The notes: generated by a model not told the origin, from the sequence alone. A stretch of DNA of 63,996 nt, filler included, from Trypethelium eluteriae (GCA_051942245.1; 3 parts of 3 records of this genome joined end to end with filler, not necessarily neighbours in it), one strand, 5' to 3'. Positions 1-13,267 are shown, numbered from the whole stretch's first letter. A program made the numbers and translations.

Positions 1-2223
1 GCCAGGAATCGCACCCGCATGAAGTAAAATTCGACGTCCTCTCTGTGGTGGTGGCGACTGCGAAGCTTTTCTGACGCGCAGTCTCCTCGCACGGAATGGC
101 GGCGGTCTGCGAGGCTTTTTATTTTGGTCTCGGCGGGCGTACATGCTCTACGCAGTGCAAACCGCCAAAGTAGGCACACATGCCTTGGTCGGCTAATAAA
201 AAAATGGGATGGGGGGAGGAGGGGTGGAGGGAAATGTTTGAGCGTTCCCCACAGGGGAGTCCCATTGGCTGTACGTCGTGCCCGTGCAGTCTTTGTTTAC
301 CAAGTCATTGCCATATTCCGGGGCGCGCTCCCAGGATCCCGAGAGGACACTTTCTTCCGTCGAACGGTAAGCGGAAGGAAGCTAGAGAAGCGAAGGAGGG
401 GCGTCTTTTTTGCCTGCCCTTTTGTGCTTCTCCGACGTCACTTTCATGCCGTTTCCCAACCACCTGGTTCATTCCAGTACGCTAGGTCACAATTGATATG
501 CAGCTTTCATATTCCAGAGGCGCTCAGGAGCACCATGCGATTGGTCTAGATCTATTTTTTGCATTCCAGCTTTGTCGTATTCTCATGTCGAAAGTTGAGC
601 TTGTCTAGCTGTATTGTTTTTATTTTATTTTTTTTTTCCTTTGCATGTACTTCGCCACACGGACGCCCATGCTTCCATATCGAATTAAGACCACCCCCAA
701 AACGCGTTAACACCGCTACCTAGTTAGAAATAGATTAAATGCCGTAGTGTCTGCTGAATGTGCCCCTCCGCATTTCGGACATTATGTGGGGTCCTGCTGT
801 GAATGCCTCGTGGTAAAAATATCTGATCCTAGTACAGCCCGGTGGTTGCAGCAGAAAAAGCATGTCTTGGTCATATTCAGCAATCCGCAACCATTGACAC
901 ATCGTATGCCGGCAAGATAGCCTCGTTTAGATTCAACCAAACCGCGTTCGCCACGTCAGAGATCTCCGATGGGGTCTGGTCTTTTGTGTTAGCGTCTCTC
1001 TTAAAACTCAAAAAAACTCGGTGCAAGGGTACGCATGGTGGAGCAGCTTCCGCATGCAGCCAATGCTCCCTTCTACCTAGAACCCAATGCCTGTCAGCTC
1101 GCGCAAATCAATGCCGTGATAACAAGCGGGGTTCGGAATCAAAGACGCCAGAGAGCGGTAGAATGATCAGCTGAGGTGCTGAGAGTCCGGGAACCAGAAG
1201 CCTCGACAAGGGATGCCCATGTGTCTTCCCTCATTGTCCCACCGGATAACATCCTCTTCCGCGTAGCACGCAGCAAGGGAAGATAAGGTGACTGGCTGAC
1301 AGTGCTTGGCACCTAAGCTGTAGCAGCGGCGCATCCGTGCCAAGGCTGCTGAGTCTGTACACAGGCAGAGAAGCGGTAATGGAAGATCGCTTCCACTTTC
1401 CATCGAGCTTGATTGATCAGCCAGCGGTCCGGAACCGCAACTAGCAGCAGCTGAGGACCGTGCCATTCTAAAATCCCGAATATGCAATAGGCCGGAAGAT
1501 TATGGAGGGCACAGAAGTCTGCCGGGAATCTTACTCAACGAAATGTGCTCCGAGGGAACGACGAGCCAAGCCAGACGTCGGAGAAAGATGATTGGAGATG
1601 AGAACAGAGGTACGAAAAGGTACACAAGGGGGACGAAACGAAACGGTTGGTCTCCCTACCTTCGTGTGCCGATGCGCTTCAGCCCCGGATCAGTTAGGAC
1701 CGGAGCGCCATGATAGGTCAATTGCAAACAATCTGAATCAAGAAGCTGTCCAGAGCTAGTTGGACGTGCGGGCCGGCGCGAGTCGTCGATGGCACGTGAC
1801 AACGAAATGGGACCGAGCTTTAACACCTACCCGGACTTCAAAGTAATGGATAACCTCATGAAAAGCGGAATCATGCCCAAAATCTCTCGGATTAGGACAT
1901 CAGACGCACAGAAGTGGAGGCACGCTTCGCTCGGAAGGCAACAATATGCGAATCGACGGACACGTCGTGAAAGAGGCCCCTGAAAATGTGATATCTCGTT
2001 GCATAGCGGCGACGCCAAAGTGGTCTAAGGCATCGTTGCAGCGGGGCTTTCATGGATCCCTTAGCTAAACTCGGAGATGATCGTATTTTCGTGGCAAATT
2101 GTTGGTTACGAGTGAGTGGGGTGGATCCGGCCAGAAGTGTTGAGGAGGTGACAGAAGCGGACAATCTATCGATTGAGGTCCATCAGGCTTCGGTTCGAAG
2201 GGGAATGACCAGACTCTTCCAAG

Positions 2224-2230
2224 TATAAAT
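2224..2230 (+). promoter_or_regulatory. Probable TATA box of the small Cys-rich protein gene
   Basis: TATAAAT followed by a CT-rich tract (2255-2290) typical of fungal transcription starts, ~370 nt upstream of the ATG at 2598. Confidence 0.4.
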
Positions 2231-2597
2231 AGCTCCTGAAATGCTCGTCGAAGTGTTTCTTTTCTTCATCAAGCCTTTCACACACCTCTCGGCCACTGAA
2301 GTCAGTTCAGATCATACCAATTGCCCCCTCTTTCAGCTTGAGCACCTTGTTTGCTTGAAGCTTCTTTCGATAAACCTTTTGCCTTGTGGGAAGATCCCTT
2401 CCATTCTTCCTTAGCAGCACTCCTCCCTCCAGTATCAGACTCGTCATCTGATACTTCGGCAAGTCTCTTGTCCAATCAATCTAGTTCGATTCCCCCAAAG
2501 AAGCCTCAGGTAAGGTGATCTTGGGCGCACGGCAGATAGGACCAGAGCTGACCAGGATAAAAAAAGTCCGGCAAAATCCTTTTTTCTCTCTTGAAAC

Positions 2598-2942
2598 ATG
2601 TGCTTCTTCGACCAACACCGATTCGTCTGTGGCGACTGGAAATGGGGGCATTTCCGCCAGCACTGCAACCGCGAATACCGCACGGGTGAAACGTGCGGCA
2701 TGAAGCTCATCATGACGACCGTGCCCGTCGGCCAGAAGTGCAAACTCTGTGAAAAGATCGACACTAAGATGCGCCGTCGGGCTGCGGAGGTGGACCGAGT
2801 TCAGCGTTGGCAACGTGATGGGGGCAGGTTCAGAGCGTCTATCGAGAAGTCGGTCGACATCATCAAGGGACTTGACGCCGAGATCTACGAGCTCGGTTGT
2901 GAGCGTACCCGGAGGGTCCAGGGTATTGGAAGCGCCCATTAG
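2598..2942 (+). CDS. Small Cys-rich hypothetical protein (114 aa), type commonly seen in filamentous ascomycetes
   Basis: ATG in good context (gaaacATG). MCFFDQHRFVCGDWKWGHFRQHC...CG...CKLC Cys pattern followed by a helical, charged C-terminus. Upstream TATA and pyrimidine-rich leader. Confidence 0.8.
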   Translation: MCFFDQHRFVCGDWKWGHFRQHCNREYRTGETCGMKLIMTTVPVGQKCKLCEKIDTKMRRRAAEVDRVQRWQRDGGRFRASIEKSVDIIKGLDAEIYELGCERTRRVQGIGSAH

Positions 2943-4344
2943 ATTGTTCAGCTCTTGTTCCTAGCGTGCTCGGCCGCCTTAATTTTTCCGCTCGTTTCAT
3001 GTCAAGGAAGGCGTTGAGAGAATGTGCTAAACTTTTTTCGAAGATGGCGAAGGAAGAGTTCAGGAAATAGGGAGGGGTGAAGGAAACTTATGGCTTTTTC
3101 CTTACCTGACTTCTTACCTTCTTGGTAATTAGCGAATCAATAACGAGTCTCCTTGTTTCAACACTTCATTGGCCGAATGAGTGACAATGCCCATGATTGT
3201 GAGGGGGAGATTGGTTTAGACGGCCAATCCCAGCGGGTCGCCTATCTAAAATAGAAACGCCCGGCGCGAGTCGTTGCGGTAGGCGCCCACGTCAGCCTAA
3301 GAATGAAGGCAAACACCTCTTCCCGGTTTCACAGTGCCGGGTTGGCGACCGAAAGGATTTCATTTCTGCAGGTTCCATCACCGTCCGGTTTGCTGGCGAT
3401 ACATCTCGAGCTCTTCCGCATAGCTTTGACGTGAGGTGAAGTCTCGGATGTCTAGCGCTGTGGAGGTTGGAAGTGCGGGCTCCGGTCTCGTGATCATCGG
3501 AAAAATAAAACTCCGTTATGAGCCTCCTTCCATCCTTGTCAACCTCGAGATCGCCATGATTGTGAAGACATCCTTTCCACGTCTCGTGGAGGTCGATTAC
3601 TGCCAAGAGCGACGTTCTTGTGTAATGCTTTCCGCCGAGATCTTGTAATGTTGCACAAACGGTGAGAGGGAGCCGTGACTGGCTTTCGCATGGTCGAGAA
3701 GTACGTACAGTTGTTGCCGGCTCGTCATTTTCGCACTGTACGGCATGTGAGACAAGTCCATCTCGAAAGAATCCCTCACTTATCTATGCAAGTCAACAGC
3801 CTAGACATATGATGCTATGCTAGAAGTGCAAGGATGCACTTGCAACTTTGGGCTTACTCGGATTCAATCTTGGAAAAGCTCAAAGCACGCGTCGAGAACA
3901 GTCAAGAGTGGGGAGGGAAAAGGCAAAGTAGTGGAACTCCTGAGAACTTTGGGAGACATCGGATGGTATGATAAAACCTCTCTATGGAGTCTGCCCTTAC
4001 ACGTGTAGAAATGTGAGTGGCCCCCACCATTGGTGATCTTTTCCCACAAGGGCGGCAAGACCAAGTCTCCAATCAGACTTGAGCAATAAAAATTCAATTC
4101 TCCTATGCAGGTATCTTTGACACCTTTGAGTGGAGCATTTGGCAGTTTCAGGAATTAATGGAAAAATGCAGCTTTTGATTCGTGCTCGCTAAATAGCCAA
4201 TGGAATGCAAAGTGGACAAAGTTTCCTAAACTCGTCCAGACAAGCTTATAACAAATGACACACGACAAGACAATGTCTTGCGTTTGCAACGCTGGCCTTC
4301 TATCGCTCAAAGAACTCCTTCCATTATCTTGACCTCTTCACGAC

Positions 4345-7300
4345 TTACACGCCATAAGACTGCGGCACAGGAAAGCCATACGCAGGTGCGCATGATGACC
4401 AGCATCCAAAGACTGTTGACGTTGCCCAAATTGTGGTTGTTCCCATTGTGCCATTGGCACAAGTAGACGGGCTAGGACTTGCAGTGACGGGGAACGATGT
4501 CGAATTTGCAGTAATGGGCGAGGATGTCGAATTGTATGCGACTGGTGCGCTGCCTGTACCCGTCAAGATAGGACTGGTATAGTTGCCTGGCGTGGAGCTC
4601 GTGGCGGGAGCAGTAGTTGTGGACTCAGTGCCAGAGCGCGGCGCGCCAGAAATAGTCACTGAAGTCGAGCTGTACGGAGATGGCGATGGGCCTGGAAGCG
4701 TTGTATTGAAGCTAGGTAACGGCGAAGCGGAAACCGGTAAGGTTGCAGTCGATGAATTGGAAGGGTATGCAGTGGGACCCGGAAGTGTTATATTGAAGCT
4801 AGGCGATGGCGAAGCGGAGACTGGCAACGTCGCGCTCGATGAATTGGAAGGGTATGGAGTTGGACCCGGAAGTGTTGCATTATAGCTGGGCGAGGGTGAG
4901 GCTGAGATTGGAAGAACCGTAGTCGAAGATGGGGTTCCTCCTGTGCCGGGAACAGTGGAATTGCCGCTAGAGCTAGTTGAATAAGTGCCAGATCGGTATC
5001 CGGATGTACGTGGGATTGACTCACTTCCAGTGCTTGGAAGCGATGAATTGGTAGATGGATATCCTGTCAACGGTGACGATGTTGCATTTGGAGCCGTGCC
5101 GGTCCCCGGAAGGGTCGAATTAATCACGGAATATGGTGACGGGAATGACAAGGTTATAGGATACGACGTTAAAATTGGGGTAGATGATGGGCTTCCTCCA
5201 GTTACGGAATTGGTGGAGTTTCCTGTCGTAGAAGTCGAGTACGTACCGGATCTTGCCCCAGAGTTCCACGAAATTGGTGAACTCCCTGTACCCGTGAGCG
5301 ACGAGTTCGTGGGTGCAGAAGGCATCAATATTGGCGTGACCGTAGTTGGAAAGCCACTGATACCCGTTGCATTGGTTGTCTCGGTTGCGCTAGAGGTTGT
5401 ATAAGTTCCTGAGCGAGGGGCTGACGTGCCAGGATATGAAGTCGCTCCATTGATACTCAAGGATAGCAATAGTGAAGCACTTGGCACTGAAGTCGAATTT
5501 TCATTGAGAGGAGTTGACGTGGCGTTCCCGAAGGGCAAGAGCGTTGTTGGAGTGCTAGTGGAAATGCTTGTCGCTGGAGGACTAGAAGTCGTAGAGTATG
5601 TCCCTGTTCTTAGACCATTAGATTCTGATCCAGCCGGGCTCGAAGTTGTGTTTAGCGGAGTTCCAAGGGATATGATACTGCTGATAGCCGAAACAATACT
5701 AGCTGTTGCGTTCGGACTTGTTGTGGGGGCTCCGGAGAGAACAGTCGGAGCAGTGGATTCAGCCGCTGAAATCGTCGACTCAATTGGGATGGAAAAATTT
5801 GTAGATGGAGAGCCTGTCGGTCCTCCTGAGATAATGAAGCCTGTCGCTGAGCCAGTGGCGAAAATGGTGGAGTTGCCAATCACCAAAGGAATAACGCTTG
5901 GCGATGGACTCGAAGCCCCAGAGATGACGATCGCAGTAATGGATCCAGACTCTGAGCTCGTTGAGGTTATTGAAACGGTAGAATTTGTAGATGGAGAACC
6001 TGTTGGTCCTCCTGAGATAATAAAACCTGTAGCTGAGCCAGTGGCAAAACTGGTGGAGTTGATAATCACAGACGGGCTGATGATTGATGATGCAGTTGGG
6101 CTACCAGAGATAACGGATCCGGTGGAGGAATTTGTAGAGTTGATAACGAGAGAGGGGCTAACGCTGATGCTTGGAGTTGCAGTCGGGCCTCCGGAAATAA
6201 CAAAGCCCGTTGCGAAGCCATTGGAGAAGCTAGTTGCATTGACAATAACCGTCGAGTTGATATTTGGGCTTGGTGTTGGTCCTCCGGAGATGACGAATTC
6301 AGTACTGGATCCTGTCGCAAAACTAATTATTGACACCTCAGTTGATGTGCTAGCGCTTGGTCCCGAAATCAGATTGCCAGAAGCAACACCCCCGCCACTG
6401 AAGCCAGTGGAGTGATTGCTAATAAAGCTTTCGACAGATGAGCTAACGCTTGCTGGCAAGCTGGAGGTGATGGTCGGCCCGTAGGACGTGAGTGTTGTTG
6501 CAGAGGAATAGCTTGTACCTCCAGAAATAACACTAGCACCGCTGCCTGTCGCGCCAGACTCTATAATCTGGTTGACGTAAGTGTCCGTAGTTGAAGTCCC
6601 ATTGGCAAAAAACGTCGTATTTGTAATCGTACTCGTGATTATATACTCAATTGAGCCTCCATTTGTAGAAGTAGTGGTTTGAGTAGTGTTCGTAATGGTA
6701 GAATAACTCCCGGGTACAGTTGGGGCGCAAGGCGTACCACCGCTGCCACCTGCGCCATTTCCATTGGCAAGAGTAGACGTCGAGACCTCTGAATAAAGTG
6801 TTTCGATTGTCGTCGCTGCATAAACAGTGCTGTATGAGTAGCTGAATGTTTCGAACCATGATCCATTGGCAAAGGTTGTACCAAACTCTGTAGAAAAGAC
6901 AGTTCCGGACGTATATAAGGTCGACGACACAGAGCCAGTCAAGAAAGCCGTGATGACAGGCGGTGCAGTCACGACTGGAGGCGATGCAGAGAAGAGCGAT
7001 GCAAGAGAAGATGAAGTATCGTTTGTACCTGTGGTATTTGATCCTGAGCCTTGGAAAGGAGTGCCAAAAGTGGAGTTACCCAAAAATCCTTGTGCGATGG
7101 ACTGCAGTACTGCAGCACTCGAATACGCCGAATAAGAAGAGCTTTGAGAGCTAGCCAGGAGGGTACACATGCTCCCAGTCGTTGAGTTAGAGTCAAAAAC
7201 AATGCTTTGGCAAACAACATCGTCGAATTGACTATCAGCTTCGGCGCAAGCAGCAGCGCACTGGGTGAAGGTTGAGGCAGCGGATGATGGTACTTGAAAC

Positions 7301-8397
7301 AAGACGGGTTCGTTGATCACCGTATCGCAATAGATAGTGAAAACGTATTGCGTTGAGCCCTCGAACACGTATGCTTGTGTATTGTTATCTTGAGGACAGA
7401 CAAAGTCTACAGCAGTAGCAACGCCGCTGGTACTGGAGATGGTCGACGTTGGATACTGCGTTGAGAAATAGGTTGAGCTGGAGTATTCAGTCGAGAAAGC
7501 AGTAGAGAAAGCAGTAGAGAAGCCAGAACTATATGAGGATACGAAACCGCTCGGTGAAGGTGTTGCAGATGCCGAATGTACTGTTTGAGTGTATGTAACA
7601 GTCGTGAAGGCAGTCGGCTCCGTGGTAGTGTAAGTCGAAGTCTGTACCGTAATTTGTCTTGCGGACAAGTAAGCAATCTATGGAAAGTTAGCTTGTTCGC
7701 TTCCAGGTTGGCTTTTACCTACTGAAGTTGCTTCGGTGTAGGTAGATGTTGCCGTCGTCGCGGGAACTCCTAGACAACTACAAGCACTAGACATCGAAGT
7801 ATCGATAGAACTCTCATTGGCAGCAAATGTCGAGTTGTCGTCAACTTGGCGAATGAAAAGTTGAATCTCGTCTTCTAAACTCAATGACGCCGTTGCACTA
7901 GCTTCTTGCCGCTTCAGCTTCACCACATTCGCCGTAACCGTTGTACTGATTGTGGTACTTGGAGTATAATGCACGCGATTGCTGACGATAGTCGTGCTTG
8001 TGGTGATGACAGTCGTCCCTGTTCTATGCTTTGTCAGATTGTTTCCTAGTAACAGATTCCGTTGGAGAATTCAGGCGTACACAACAGGAGTCCAAGCCGT
8101 CTCGATGATTTGGGTCGGTACACCAATTAGAGCTCTACAAAAGGGCTCCGCAGCAGTGTTGTTCACGAGAACTTGGGCATACGTATCATTGACACATAAC
8201 TGGTTCTGACGCTTCTCAATTCTGGGGACATTTCCAAAAATCCTTGCCAACTTCTTGATTAAGCGTGGTGATCGAGCCAGTTTTTCATTATTGCTATCCT
8301 TCCGAGCAAGTTGCTCAGGGTCGGCAGTCTTGGCGCTTGAATACGATATAAGGAAGAGGAACGCGGCCAGTGCCAAAAAACGAATGAAAAGCTGCAT
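4345..8397 (-). CDS. Secreted Ser/Thr-rich mucin-like/cell-surface protein (~1316 aa) with a Cys-containing PAN/apple-like module
   Basis: Exons 8397-8081, 8023-7723, 7677-4345 join in frame via GT-AG introns with CTGAC/CTAAC branch sites. Signal peptide MQLFIRFLALAAFLFLISYSSA, KR sites (IEKR/Q, LKR/Q), Cys module CPQDNN...YC...QCAAAC...VCQS...CTL, then a long S/T/P-rich repeat region. Confidence 0.85.
4660..4915 (-). repeat. Three tandem 87-bp (29-aa) coding repeats LP[VI]SASPSPSFNxTLPGPTxYPSNSSxAT
   Basis: ggcgaagcggaaaccgg at 4721 and ggcgaagcggagactgg at 4808 are 87 nt apart; a third, more diverged unit follows. Confidence 0.8.
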
Positions 8398-9462
8398 AAC
8401 GGATTCGGCCAAGGATGGTCCTCTCGAAGAGTGCCTGGATAGTGACAATATCGAAAAGAGGTAATGAGCGTGCGCTGGAACTTATAGATGATAATGCGAT
8501 GGCGAGCACTATTCATCCCCTAGAGTTCTTGGACAGCCACCCTCGAACTCGTCCTCTTCCCTGCCTTGCAGAATGATAGCCTAAACGAGGACACAGAAGG
8601 CGATAAAGTGTCACCTTGAGGTGACGGCCTTGCAGAAGAACCAGCCCCCGCCTTCCTAAGGTCATCCGAACGGTCTCAATACTATAAATGCGTAGTGTCA
8701 TGAAAATCGACAGGCAAAGTCCATTCCCAGAAAGAGTGTGGAACGCAACCAGATTAGTCTACTCTTGAGATCCCTTACTTCCAGCGTCGAGTCATTGGAA
8801 AAGAGAAGCTGACAGCGACCTACATTCCTTCACACTTCATCAGAAACTACTTGAAAGGGGGTAGTATCGAGGTTCCTTTGCGTCTAAGAGACGCGCACGT
8901 TGTCAAGAGCATCCCTGAGAGACAGACTTCAGGCGTGACGCGCGAGAGTTTCGTAGTAATTGCGCACAAACATAGATTGCGTCTCCACAACCATACAGCC
9001 ATGGCCATCTCGAGCGATAAAGTGACGGGAGAAATGGCGGTAAGGAATGGAGATGAGGAGAATTGAGACCACACATACCCAGACCGTTGCAATAGCAACC
9101 GATCCTCGATGCTGCCATCTACTCTCCAAGATCCCTAAAATGAGGCTCTGGTGATTGCTTGAAGGGTTGGCCAAAGTCTCACAGTAAACTTACGGAGTAC
9201 TGTCACTGTTGTGAAAGGTCGAAGAGGATGAGAACAGGGAATAGGTAATAGGATTAGGCATGGTCGCGGTCGCGTCTGCGGGGAGTCCTGGTTCGCGGCC
9301 AAAACCAACCTCCTAACCAGGTGCTCAGTCATCTTCCATTTGCACGCGTTCTGGAGCATTCACGCTGAGGTGCTTGCTTAATTCGTAGACTGTCTTCGTG
9401 CAGCTCTGATGTCCGAGAGCACGCAAAGCTGCTGGAAGCTCTCTAGCTAAGGCCTGCATTCC

Positions 9463-10055
9463 ATGGGTATCTGCTTATCCTGCCTTGGTCTCCATCGTCG
9501 CCCGTCGAGTCCAGATGTGAGCTACAAGACCTCCTTCGCGTGCCAGACTTCTGGATACTGACTTCGTCCCTTGCTCAGCCTTCCGAGACGTCGCGCCTCC
9601 TTTACGAAGATCCTTACCAGCCTCACTACGGCGCGGTCAATCCCCATCCCAATGTTCCTCAACCCGATCCGGAAGAGCTCCGTCGCGAACGAGATGCATT
9701 AGAGCGCTTGTGCGCGCAGACTTCTGAGTACGTAATTACCTTTTGGCTTCGCTGCTTCAAAGCTAATCCCTTCGTTCGTAGCAAATTAATCGATGTCGCA
9801 CAGTCAACGGATGCGGAAGAACCATCTAAAATCAACAGCGAATACCCCCGCCTGTTTAATCAACGCTTCAAGCTTCCCCCATCGTCCTCTCTGTCTTCTT
9901 CGCCAGAAACCGCAACTGCGATAGAAGAGTCATGGCTTGCGGCGAACGCGGACAAATTAGAGGACTGGGCTCAGGTGAAGAGGATGAGCAAAGGGGAAAT
10001 TGTGATACGGTTCGAAAGAGGAGCTGTTGGGAACTCTTCAGTACCAAATCAGTGA
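9463..10055 (+). CDS. LAMTOR1/Ego1(Meh1)-like vacuolar membrane anchor of the EGO/Ragulator complex
   Basis: Exons 9463-9516, 9579-9727, 9782-10055. N-terminus MGICLSCLG (Gly2 myristoylation plus Cys palmitoylation), acidic dileucine motif ETSRLL, and the segment ERDALERLCAQTSDKLIDV typical of the family. Confidence 0.75.
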
Positions 10056-10152
10056 CTGGCATAATGCAGCAGACTCCAGAACGCCGATGCACCACTCATT
10101 TCCAAATTTCATAAATACTACTACAATATTCTGTCGTAAATACTACATAATT

Positions 10153-11909
10153 CTACCATCCTCCTATTGGCTTCAACTTCACCAACAACCCACCTTTGGG
10201 TCGTGCTGTGATTCCGCTCTTGATGTCGATCTCCCTGTCAGGTTCGGCCAGTTCCATTTCAAAGCTTCCGACCCAAGCAGCCAGTAGGCAGGCGAACTCT
10301 GCCTTCGCGAATGCTTGACCAATACAGCTTCTCGGTCCATGAAGAAATGTAAGGAAGCTGAAGTTGCTATCGGCCCCGCCTGTATTATTTGCATGACCGG
10401 TAGTGGAGTCGATCCAGCGATCCGGGTTGAATGATCGGGCATCTGGTCCCCAGAGCTTCTTACTCTGATTAATGGCCCAAGGACTCATGATGATTGTGGT
10501 GCCACGCGGAACGGGCTGATCAAGAATAGTAGTATCATGAGCAGCTTGTCTCAAGGTTGAGGGGACTGGAGGGTAGAAACGGAGCGATTCGTTGCATACT
10601 GCATTAAGATAAGGTAGTGAGTCGATGTCAGTGGATGTAATACCTTTCGAGGCATCAGAGAGGCTAGGGAGGCGCCCGCGAACCTCCTCGCGAAGACGAG
10701 CCTGTATCGCAGGATTTTGACACAATAGCAAGATTGTCCAGGTCATCGCGGAAGCCGTCGTCTCGTGGCCTGCTGCGAGGAAAGTCATGAGTTGGTTCAC
10801 TAAATCTTCATCACTGAAGCCACCAGACTCTATTGCCACAGAAAGGATATCATAATCTGTTCGCGCGCCTTTCTCGAGGCGCTTTCTCTTGTCTTGTACG
10901 AGCGAAAGACAGGTTCGCTTGATTGTCGTATTAGCCTCGCGAATGTCCGTATTGCGTTGGACAGGGATTCGACGTAGGAACCAGATCGGAAGGAAAATAC
11001 CCAACAATTGAAGAATTCTTCCGACCTTGCCAGGGTCAAAAACTCTTTGGTAGGCTTGCGTAAGTTCGTTCCGAGGGTTTTGGAGTGAATTAAAGTCTTT
11101 CCCCATGCCGGCCACTCCAATGATGTCCAGCGTGGCTCTACTAGCCCATCCACCGATTTCGACGGTCAGGGATTGGTTCGTGTCGCTTGTGCGTGACCGA
11201 TGGAACTCCCCTGTCAATGCAGAGGTCGCTTCACGAGCTTTGGCCCAAAAGATAGGATACAAGTCTTTGATGTGACGAAACGCAAAAGCCGGCGATAGAT
11301 TTTTTCTTTGTCGCTTTTTCGGTTGTTAGTGAAACTAGAGTCGGCTTTGCAGAAGACTCTGTCGAGTTTTCACTCACCTTGTGTTCGTCGCCTTCGGCCA
11401 GTAGCACGCCTACGCCCAGAATGCGACCAATGCTCTTGCCAATTTGGGGCGGCTTGATGAACTGGTAACTCTTGGTTACTAGCACTTCTCTGAGTGCCTC
11501 TGGACTCGCCAGTATCAGCCTTTCAGCGTTGAAAATGTACCGGTAACGAAGGAGACCATTGTGATCAATGTCATCAACCCACCCCCGGGCAGGTTCGCCA
11601 GTTGGATACTTTAGGATAACTGGAAATTGGCCCATCAAAAAACTTCCACCCTAATTAACCATGAGTTCCAATGATAATACAACGCTTGCCGTGAATACTC
11701 GCCTTTGGTTCAGGCAAATTCTTGAGTGGGCTGAAGACATGAGGCCAAAGTACTGCAGTCCATACAGTCCTTACCACTGCTAACAAAGAGAAAAGAGCAA
11801 GAAACGTCAAAATTGACGAGGCTCTAATGGAGTAATTGGGATAATATTGACTTATGAGCAACGAAGCTGTCAGGGTAAAGCCAGCTATCGCTGAGAAACT
11901 GGGTACCAT
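10153..11909 (-). CDS. Cytochrome P450 monooxygenase
   Basis: Exons 11909-11703, 11650-11378, 11313-10153. N-terminal TM helix, I-helix AAGHETT, ExxR (ESLR), PDRW and haem motif FLHGPRSCIG. The first intron is GC-AG. Confidence 0.93.
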
Positions 11910-13267
11910 GATGGCCAATGAACAATCGCGAACATTCAGCTAGCCACTGACGTGTACTCGAAGGGCACGCGGGTTTGACATATGAATATAAAAGAGAGAA
12001 GGCGAGAGATATCATGAATGGGAGAACTTAAAACGTCGCTTGCCAGAACCAACTGCTACAGGGGCGCGACCGGAACGGAAACGGAGAAAGTCAGCTTCTT
12101 CGCCGCCGCCTCACAGTGCTTTTGTGACGCCTCAATGATCCAGTGCTAGCGTTACTTTAGGAAGTGACCAAAGCGGCCTTGCGGCAGCCTTGTATCCATT
12201 ATTGCAGCACCGTTCATGTGGTCAAGGCAACTTCAGGACTAGTCTTAAAGGCCAATTGTCATGTCATGAAGCCTGAGTGGACCTCGGCAAGCTACCAGAC
12301 TAGACTAAACCCCTTTGATCACCATGTCGCGCTAGGATTTCACGACTTCTTCCCTCCTTTATATCATTGTCCTGCGGTACGGAGATGTTCAACGGAACGC
12401 TCGTGAGTCCGGTCGAAGATGGACATCGCCTGTCCTCAACATAGCTTCTGGCCTGCCAAGCTCAGGCTTGGCCCTGCTGACCTCCTCGCGAAGTGAATAC
12501 AAGGGGAGAATCAACCCTGTGTACCTTAATTCGATACCCTGATAACAAGACCGCATATCTAAAGGGCCAGGTTTGATAATTTCTGATGTTGAGTGTCATT
12601 CAAAACGCTTTGTACGGAGTACCGCCAATCCGATACAAGCTCCTCCGTGATCATTCCAGCCCTTGTATATCTATTCTCCATTGCTATTGTCGGTCTCAAC
12701 CCTCACTACTTTCTCAATCCAGGTCTCTCCAGGTACGCAGTGACATGTGTGAAGATGGCACATTCTCATGTACCTCGTGGATGACAGTGACTCGAAACGG
12801 TGCTGTGCCTCCTGAACTATTCACACTCTCGACCCACTTCTATTGTCTACACGTGGGGTATTGCTGTCAAGTCATAGTTCCTTATCACTGCCACCGTGCG
12901 CGCTCGGTTCTGCAATGACGCGGACGTCAATGCGTGAGATGCTATTGTGTGAATGACAGAGATCGCTCACCACCAAAACAGGCTCTCGGCCTAACTACCC
13001 AGATCACCAACCTCCCATATAAGAAGTTCTCCTCTCCCCCCAGCTCCTAACTTCTTTCATTCCACTCACGCTTACAATTCGCAACTTCAATCTCTGAGGA
13101 ACTCTCAGATCTCAATCGAGTTTCGTTTTCGCTAGTCACTACCCTACTCTTACTCTTGAGCATTACTTCGACCCGCTCCGGCAAATACCAAGCTTGCACC
13201 TTCACACCTTCCGACGGTAGACCAGTCGAACGGCACAAATCTATCTACGGTAATAGAGATCTCCGAA

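Noticed and set aside
1..2200. Several 60-140 aa ORFs and a poly-T tract
   Set aside because: No recognisable motifs or splice-consistent model; treated as intergenic/promoter DNA.
4583..7135. Long plus-strand ORFs (e.g. 5426-6415, 329 aa) rich in V/E/G
   Set aside because: Antisense shadows of the Ser/Thr-rich repeat gene.
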